Of a DNA stretch of 64,000 nt, positions 50,001 through 61,900 are shown one piece after another. The DNA lies in assembly GCA_964016885.1 (NCBI GenBank), contig OZ024743.1, forward strand, positions 240,932,001 through 240,996,000, read 5' to 3'. Source of the DNA: Eledone cirrhosa (lineage: Eukaryota). Made by a program: the position numbers and the translations under genes. The notes below the pieces were generated by a model, which worked only from the letters and a program-made list of their open reading frames with translations, was not told the DNA's origin and made no database searches. Within the stretch, counting starts at the first letter, position 1; every line of letters starts with the position of its first letter.

Positions 50001-53000
50001 AAAACCCTATCACCACCACCATCAACAACAACATCATCATCACAACCAACAACAAAACCCTATCACCACCACCATCAACAAAAACATCATCACAACAACC
50101 AAAAACAAAACCCTATCACCACCACCATCAACCACAACATCATCATCACAACCAACAACAAAACCCTGTCACCACCACCATCAACAACAACATCATCATC
50201 ACAACCAACAACAAAACCCTATCTCCACCACCATCAACAACAACATCATCACAACAACCAACAACAAAACCCTATCACCACCACCACCAACAACAACATC
50301 ATCATCACAACCAACAACAAAACCCTATCAGCACCACCATCAACAACAACATCATCACAACAACCAACAACAAAACACTATCACCACCACCATCAACAAC
50401 AACATCATCATCACAACTAACAACAAAACCCTATCACCACCACCATCAACAACAACATCATCACAACAACCAACAACAAAACCCTATCACCACCACCATC
50501 AACAACAACATCATCATCACAACCAACAACAAAACCCTGTCACCACCACCATCAACAACAACATCATCATCACAACCAACAACAAAACCCTATCACCACC
50601 ACCATCAACAACAACATCATCACAACAACCAACAACAAAACCCTATCACCACCACCATCAACAACAACATCATCACAACAACCAACCACAAAACCGTATC
50701 ACCACCACCATCAACAACAACATCATCACAACAACCAACAACAAAACCCTATCACCACCACCATCAACAACAACATCATCACAACATCAAACAACAAAAC
50801 CCTATCACCACCATCAACAACAACATCATCATCACAACCAACAACAAAACCCTATCACCACCACCATCAACAACAACATCATCACAACAACCAACAACAA
50901 AACCCTATCACCACCACCACCAACAACAACATCATCATCACAAACAACAACAAAACCCTATCACCACCACCATCAACAAAAACATCATCACAACAACCAA
51001 CAACAAAACCCTATCACCACCACCATCAACAACAACATCATCATCACAACCAACAACAAAACCCTATCACCACCACCATCAACAACAACATCATCATCAC
51101 AACCAACAAGAAAACCCTGTCACCACCACCATCATCAACAACATCATCATCACAACCAACAACAAAACCCTATCACCACCACCATCAACAACAACATCAT
51201 CACAACATCCAACAACAAAACCCTATCACCACCATCAACAACAACATCATCATCACAACCAACAACAAAACCCTATCACCACCACCATCAACAACAACAT
51301 CATCATCACAACCAACAACAAAACCCTATCACCACCACCATCAACAACAACATCATCATCACAACCAACAACAAAACCCTATCACCACCACCATCAACAA
51401 AATCATCATCACAACAACCAAAAACAAAACCCTATCACCACCACCATCAACAACAACATCATCATCACAACCAACAACAAAACTCTATCACCACCACCAT
51501 CAACAAAAACATCATCACAACAACCAACAACAAAACGCTATCACCACCACCATCAACAAAAACATCATCATCACAACCAACAACAAAAACCTATCACCAC
51601 CACAACCAACAACAACATCATCACAACAACCAACAACAAAACACTATCACCACCACCATCAACAACAACATCATCACAACAACCAACAACAAAACCCTAT
51701 CACCACCACCATCAACAACAACATCATCACAACAACCAACAACAAAACCCTATCACCACCACCATCAACAAAAACATCATCACAACAACCTACAACAAAA
51801 CACTATCACCACCACCATCAACAAAAACATCATCACAACAACCAACAACAAAACGCTATCACCACCACCATCAACAAAAACATCATCAACACAACCAACA
51901 ACAAAAACCTATCACCACCACAACCAACAACAACATCATCACAACAACCAACAACAAAACACTATCACCACCACCATCAACAACAACATCATCAGAACAA
52001 CCAACAACAAAACCCTATCACCACCACCATCAACAACAACATCATCACAACATCCAACAACAAAACCCTATCACCACCATCAACAACAACATCACCATCA
52101 CAACCAACAACAAAACCCTATCACTACCACCATCAACAACAACATCATCACAACAACCAACAACAAAACCCTATCACCACCACCACCAACAACAACATCA
52201 TCATCACAACCAACAACAAAACCCTATCACCACCACCATCAACAACAACATCATCACAACAACCAACAACAAAACACTATCACCACCACCATCAACAACA
52301 ACATCATCATCACAACCAACAACAAAACCCTATCACCACCACCATCAACAACAACATCATCACAACAACCAACAACAAAACCCTATCACCACCACCATCA
52401 ACAACAACATCATCATCACAACCAACAACAAAACCCTGTCACCACCACCATCAACAACAACATCATAATCACAACCAACAACAAAACCCTATCACCACCA
52501 CCATCAACAACAACATCATCAAAACATCCAACAACAAAACCCTATCACCACCATCAACAACAACATCATCATCACAACCAACAACAAAACCCTATCACCA
52601 CCACCATCAACAAAAACATCATCACAACAACCAACAACAAAACCCTATCACCACCACCATCAACAACAACATCATCATCACAACCAACAACAAAACCCTA
52701 TCACCACAACATCAACAAAAACATCATCACAACAACCAACAACAAAACCCTATCACCACCTCCATCAACAACAACATCATCATCACAACCAACAACAAAA
52801 CTCTATCACCACCACCATCAACAAAAACATCATCACAACAACCAACAACAAAACCCTATCACCACCACCATCAACAACAACATCATCATCACAACCAACA
52901 ACAAAACCCTATCACCACCACCATCAACAACAACATCATCACAACAACCAACAACAAAACCCTATCACCACCACCATCAACAACAACATCATCATCACAA

Positions 53001-56000
53001 CCAACAACAAAACCCTATCACCACCACCATCAACAACAACATCATCACAACAACCAACAACAAAACCCTATCACCACCACCATCAACAAAAACATCATCA
53101 CAACAACCAACAACAAACCCTATCACCACCACCATCAACAACAACATCATCATCACAACCAACAACAAAACCCTATCACCACCACCATCAACAACAACAT
53201 CATCACAACAACCAACAACAAAACCCTATCACCACCACCATCAACAACAACATCACATCACAACCAACAACAAAACCCTGTCACCACCACCATCATCAAC
53301 AACATCATCATCACAACCAACAACAAAACCCTATCACCACCACCATCAACAACAACATCATCACAACATCCAACAACAAAACCCTATCAACACCATCAAC
53401 AACAACATCATCATCACAACCAACACCAAAACCCTATCACCACCACCATCAACAACAACATCATCATCACAACCAACAACAAAACCCTATCACCACCACC
53501 ATCAACAACAACATCATCATCACAACCAACAACAAAACCCTATCACCACCACCATCAACAAAAACATCATCACAACAACCAAAAACAAAACCCTATCACC
53601 ACCACCATCAACCACAACATCATCATCACAACCAACAACAAAACCCTGTCACCACCACCATCAACAACAACATCATCATCACAACCAACAACAAATCCCT
53701 ATCACCACCACCATCAACAACAACATCATCACAACAACCAACAACAAAACCCTATCACCACCACCATCAACAACAACATCATCACAACAACCAACAACAA
53801 AACCCTATCACCACCACCATCAACAACAACATCATCATCACAACCAACAACAAAACCCTGTCACCACCACCATCATCAACAACATCATCATCACAACCAA
53901 CAACAAAACCCTATCTCCACCACCATCAACAACAACATCATCACAACAACCAACAACAAAACCCTATCACCACCACCACCAACAACAACATCATCATCAC
54001 AACCAACAACAAAACCCTATCAGCACCACCATCAACAACAACATCATCACAACAACCAACAACAAAACACTATCACCACCACCATCAACAACAACATCAT
54101 CATCACAACCAACAACAAAACCCTATCACCACCACCATCAACAACAACATCATCACAACAACCAACAACAAAACCCTATCACCACCACCATCAACAACAA
54201 CATCATCATCACAACCAACAACAAAACCCTGTCACCACCACCATCAACAACAACATCATCATCACAACCAACAACAAAACCCTATCACCACCACCATCAA
54301 CAACAACATCATCACAACAACCAACAACAAAACCCTATCACCACCACCATCAACAACAACATCATCACAACAACCAACCACAAAACCGTATCACCACCAC
54401 CATCAACAACAACATCATCACAACAACCAACAACAAAACCCTATCACCACCACCATCAACAACAACATCATCACAACATCAAACAACAAAACCCTATCAC
54501 CACCATCAACAACAACATCATCATCACAACCAACAACAAAACCCTATCACCACCACCATCAACAACAACATCATCACAACAACCAACAACAAAACCCTAT
54601 CACCACCACCACCAACAACAACATCATCATCACAAACAACAACAAAACCCTATCACCACCACCATCAACAACAACATCATCACAACAACCAACAACAAAA
54701 CACTATCACCACCACCATCAACAACGACATCATCATCACAACCAACAACAAAACCCTATCACCACCACCGTCAACAAAAACATCATCACAACAACCAACA
54801 ACAAAACCCTATCACCACCACCATCAACAACAACATCATCATCACAACCAACAACAAAACCCTATCACCATCACCATCAACAACAACATCATCATCACAA
54901 CCATCAACAAAACCCTATCACCACCACCATCAACAAAAACATCATCACAACAACCTACAACAAAACACTATCACCACCACCATCAACAAAAACATCATCA
55001 CAACAACCAACAACAAAACGCTATCACCACCACCATCAACAAAAACATCATCATCACAACCAACAACAAAAACCTATCACCACCACAACCAACAACAACA
55101 TCATCACAACAACCAACAACAAAACACTATCACCACCACCATCAACAACAACATCATCACAACAACCAACAACAAAACCCTATCACCACCACCATCAACA
55201 AAAACATCATCACAACAACCTACAACAAAACACTATCACCACCACCATCAACAAAAACATCATCACAACAACCAACAACAAAACGCTATCACCACCACCA
55301 TCAACAAAAACATCATCAACACAACCAACAACAAAAACCTATCACCACCACAACCAACAACAACATCATCACAACAACCAACAACAAAACACTATCACCA
55401 CCACCATCAACAACAACATCATCACAACAACCAACAACAAAACCCTATCACCACCACCATCAACAACAACATCATCACAACATCCAACAACAAAACCCTA
55501 TCACCACCATCAACAACAACATCACCATCACAACCAACAACAAAACCCTATCACTACCAACATCAACAACAACATCATCACAACAACCAACAACAAAACC
55601 CTATCACCACCACCACCAACAACAACATCATCATCACAACCAACAACAAAACCCTATCACCACCACCATCAACAACAACATCATCACAACAACCAACAAC
55701 AAAACACTATCACCACCACCATCAACAACAACATCATCATCACAACCAACAACAAAACCCTATCACCACCACCATCAACAACAACATCATCACAACAACC
55801 AACAACAAAACCCTATCACCACCACCATCAACAACAACATCATCATCACAACCAACAACAAAACCCTGTCACCACCACCATCAACAACAACATCATAATC
55901 ACAACCAACAACAAAACCCTATCACCACCACCATCAACAACAACATCATCAAAACATCCAACAACAAAACCCTATCACCACCATCAACAACAACATCATC

Positions 56001-58900
56001 ATCACAACCAACAACAAAACCCTATCACCACCACCATCAACAAAAACATCATCACAACAACCAACAACAAAACCCTATCACCACCACCATCAACAACAAC
56101 ATCATCATCACAACCAACAACAAAACCCTATCACCACAACATCAACAAAAACATCATCACAACAACCAACAACAAAACCCTATCACCACCACCATCAACA
56201 ACAACATCATCATCACAACCAACAACAAAACTCTATCACCACCACCATCAACAAAAACATCATCACAACAACCAACAACAAAACCCTATCACCACCACCA
56301 TCAACAACAACATCATCATCACAACCAACAACAAAACCCTATCACCACCACCATCAACAACAACATCATCACAACAACCAACAACAAAACCCTATCACCA
56401 CCACCATCAACAACAACATCATCATCACAACCAACAACAAAACCCTATCACCACCACCATCAACAACAACATCATCACAACAACCAACAACAAAACCCTA
56501 TCACCACCACCATCAACAAAAACATCATCACAACAACCAACAACAAAACCCTATCACCACCACCATCAACAACAACATCATCATCACAACCAACAACAAA
56601 ACCCTATCACCACCACCATCAACAACAACATCATCACAACAACCAACAACAAAACCCTATCACCACCACCATCAACAACAACATCATCATCACAACCAAC
56701 AACAAAACCCTGTCACCACCACCATCATCAACAACATCATCATCACAACCAACAACAAAACCCTATCACCACCACCATCAACAACAACATCATCACAACA
56801 TCCAACAACAAAACCCTATCAACACCATCAACAACAACATCATCATCACAACCAACACCAAAACCCTATCACCACCACCATCAACAACAACATCATCATC
56901 ACAACCAACAACAAAACCCTATCACCACCACCATCAACAACAACATCATCATCACAACCAACAACAAAACCCTATCACCACCACCATCAACAAAAACATC
57001 ATCACAACAACCAAAAACAAAACCCTATCACCACCACCATCAACCACAACATCATCATCACAACCAACAACAAAACCCTGTCACCACCACCATCAACAAC
57101 AACATCATCATCACAACCAACAACAAAACCCTATCACCACCACCATCAACAACAACATCATCACAACAACCAACAACAAAACCCTATCACCACCACCATC
57201 AACAACAACATCATCACAACAACCAACAACAAAACCCTATCACCACCACCATCAACAACAACATCATCATCACAACCAACAACAAAACCCTGTCACCACC
57301 ACCATCATCAACAACATCATCATCACAACCAACAACAAAACCCTATCTCCACCACCATCAACAACAACATCATCACAACAACCAACAACAAAACCCTATC
57401 ACCACCACCACCAACAACAACATCATCATCACAACCAACAACAAAACCCTATCAGCACCACCATCAACAACAACATCATCACAACAACCAACAACAAAAC
57501 ACTATCACCACCACCATCAACAACAACATCATCATCACAACCAACAACAAAACCCTATCACCACCACCATCAACAACAACATCATCACAACAACCAACAA
57601 CAAAACCCTATCACCACCACCATCAACAACAACATCATCATCACAACCAACAACAAAACCCTGTCACCACCACCATCAACAACAACATCATCATCACAAC
57701 CAACAACAAAACCCTATCACCACCACCATCAACAACAACATCATCACAACAACCAACAACAAAACCCTATCACCACCACCATCAACAACAACATCATCAC
57801 AACAACCAACCACAAAACCGTATCACCACCACCATCAACAACAACATCATCACAACAACCAACAACAAAACCCTATCACCACCACCATCAACAACAACAT
57901 CATCACAACATCAAACAACAAAACCCTATCACCACCATCAACAACAACATCATCATCACAACCAACAACAAAACCCTATCACCACCACCATCAACAACAA
58001 CATCATCACAACAACCAACAACAAAACCCTATCACCACCACCACCAACAACAACATCATCATCACAAACAACAACAAAACCCTATCACCACCACCATCAA
58101 CAACAACATCATCACAACAACCAACAACAAAACACTATCACCACCACCATCAACAACGACATCATCATCACAACCAACAACAAAACCCTATCACCACCAC
58201 CGTCAACAAAAACATCATCACAACAACCAACAACAAAACCCTAACACCACCACCATCAACAACAACATCATCATCACAACCAACAACAAAACCCTATCAC
58301 CATCACCATCAACAACAACATCATCATCACAACCATCAACAAAACCCTATCACCACCACCATCAACAAAAACATCATCACAACAACCTACAACAAAACAC
58401 TATCACCACCACCATCAACAAAAACATCATCACAACAACCAACAACAAAACGCTATCACCACCACCATCAACAAAAACATCATCATCACAACCAACAACA
58501 AAAACCTATCACCACCACAACCAACAACAACATCATCACAACAACCAACAACAAAACACTATCACCACCACCATCAACAACAACATCATCACAACAACCA
58601 ACAACAAAACCCTATCACCACCACCATCAACAAAAACATCATCACAACAACCTACAACAAAACACTATCACCACCACCATCAACAAAAACATCATCACAA
58701 CAACCAACAACAAAACGCTATCACCACCACCATCAACAAAAACATCATCAACACAACCAACAACAAAAACCTATCACCACCACAACCAACAACAACATCA
58801 TCACAACAACCAACAACAAAACACTATCACCACCACCATCAACAACAACATCATCACAACAACCAACAACAAAACCCTATCACCACCACCATCAACAAAA
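48200..58900 (+). repeat. Approximately 3.43-3.48-kb higher-order repeat, about 3 copies
   Basis: accac(aac) variant at 50131, 53611 and 57043 (3480, 3432). ccgtat G at 50696, 54388 and 57820. ccgtc G at 54770/58202 (3432). Ends approximate. Confidence 0.75.
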
Positions 58901-61900
58901 ACATCATCACAACATCCAACAACAAAACCCTATCACCACCATCAACAACAACATCATCATCACAACCAACAACAAAACCCTATCACCACCACCATCAACA
59001 ACAACATCATCACAACAACCAACAACAAAACCCTATCACCACCACCACCAACAACAACATCATCATCACAACCAACAACAAAACCCTATCACCACCACCA
59101 TCCACAACAACATCATCACAACAACCAACAACAAAACACTATAACCACCACCATCAACAACAACATCATCATCACAACCAACAACAAAACCCTACCACCA
59201 CCACCATCAACAACAACATCATCACAACAACCAACAACAAAACCCTATCACAACCACCATCAACAACAACATCATCATCACAACCAACAACAAAACCCTG
59301 TCACCACCACCATCAACAACAACATCATAATCACAACCAACAACAAAACCCTATCACCACCACCATCAACAACAACATCATCACAACATCCAACAACAAA
59401 ACCCTATCACCACCATCAACAACAACATCATCATCACAACCAACAACAAAACCCTATCACCACCACCATCAACAAAAACATCATCACAACAACCAACATC
59501 AAAACCCTATCACCACCACCATCAACAACAACATCATCATCACAACCAACAACAAAACCCTATCACCACAACATCAACAAAAACATCATCACAACAACCA
59601 ACAACAAAACCCTATCACCACCACCATCAACAACAACATCATCATCACAACCAACAACAAAACTCTATCACCAACACCATCAACAAAAACATCATCACAA
59701 CAACCAACAACAAAACCCTATCACCACCACCATCAACAACAACATCATCATCACAACCAACAACAAAACCCTATCACCACCACCATCAACAACAACATCA
59801 TCACAACAACCAACAACAAAACCCTATCACCACCACCATCAACAACAACATCATCATCACAACCAACAACAAAACCCTGTCACCACCTCCATCAACAACA
59901 ACATCATCATCACAACCAACAACAAAACCCTATCACCACCACCATCAACAACAACATCATCACAACATCCAACAACAAAACCCTATCACCACAACATCAA
60001 CAACAACATCATCAGCACAACCAACAACAAAACCCTATCACCACCACCATCAACAACAACATCATCACAACAACCAACAACAAAACCCTATCACCACCAC
60101 CATCAACAAAAACATCATCACAACAACCAACAACAAAACCCTATCACCACCACCATCAACAACAACATCATCATCACAACCAACAACAAAACCCTATCAC
60201 CACCACCATCAACAACAACATCATCACAACATCAAACAACAAAACCCTATCACCACCATCAACAACAACATCATCATCACAACCAACAACAAAACCCTAT
60301 CACCACCACCATCAACAACAACATCATCACAACAACCAACAACAAAACCCTATCACCACCACCACCAACAACAACATCATCATCACAAACAACAACAAAA
60401 CCCTATCACCACCACCATCAACAACAACATCATCACAACAACCAACAACAAAACACTATCACCACCACCATCAACAACGACATCATCATCACAACCAACA
60501 ACAAAACCCTATCACCACCACCGTCAACAAAAACATCATCACAACAACCAACAACAAAACCCTATCACCACCACCATCAACAACAACATCATCATCACAA
60601 CCAACAACAAAACCCTATCACCATCACCATCAACAACAACATCATCATCACAACCATCAACAAAACCCTATCACCACCACCATCAACAAAAACATCATCA
60701 CAACAACCTACAACAAAACACTATCACCACCACCATCAACAAAAACATCATCACAACAACCAACAACAAAACGCTATCACCACCACCATCAACAAAAACA
60801 TCATCATCACAACCAACAACAAAAACCTATCACCACCACAACCAACAACAACATCATCACAACAACCAACAACAAAACACTATCACCACCACCATCAACA
60901 ACAACATCATCACAACAACCAACAACAAAACCCTATCACCACCACCATCAACAAAAACATCATCACAACAACCTACAACAAAACACTATCACCACCACCA
61001 TCAACAAAAACATCATCACAACAACCAACAACAAAACGCTATCACCACCACCATCAACAAAAACATCATCAACACAACCAACAACAAAAACCTATCACCA
61101 CCACAACCAACAACAACATCATCACAACAACCAACAACAAAACACTATCACCACCACCATCAACAACAACATCATCACAACAACCAACAACAAAACCCTA
61201 TCACCACCACCATCAACAAAAACATCATCACAACATCCAACAACAAAACCCTATCACCACCATCAACAACAACATCATCATCACAACCAACAACAAAACC
61301 CTATCACCACCACCATCAACAACAACATCATCACAACAACCAACAACAAAACCCTATCACCACCACCACCAACAACAACATCATCATCACAACCAACAAC
61401 AAAACCCTATCACCACCACCATCCACAACAACATCATCACAACAACCAACAACAAAACACTATAACCACCACCATCAACAACAACATCATCATCACAACC
61501 AACAACAAAACCCTACCACCACCACCATCAACAACAACATCATCACAACAACCAACAACAAAACCCTATCACCACCACCATCAACAACAACATCATCATC
61601 ACAACCAACAACAAAACCCTGTCACCACCACCATCAACAACAACATCATAATCACAACCAACAACAAAACCCTATCACCACCACCATCAACAACAACATC
61701 ATCACAACATCCAACAACAAAACCCTATCACCACCATCAACAACAACATCATCATCACAACCAACAACAAAACCCTATCACCACCACCATCAACAAAAAC
61801 ATCATCACAACAACCAACATCAAAACCCTATCACCACCACCATCAACAACAACATCATCATCACAACCAACAACAAAACCCTATCACCACAACATCAACA

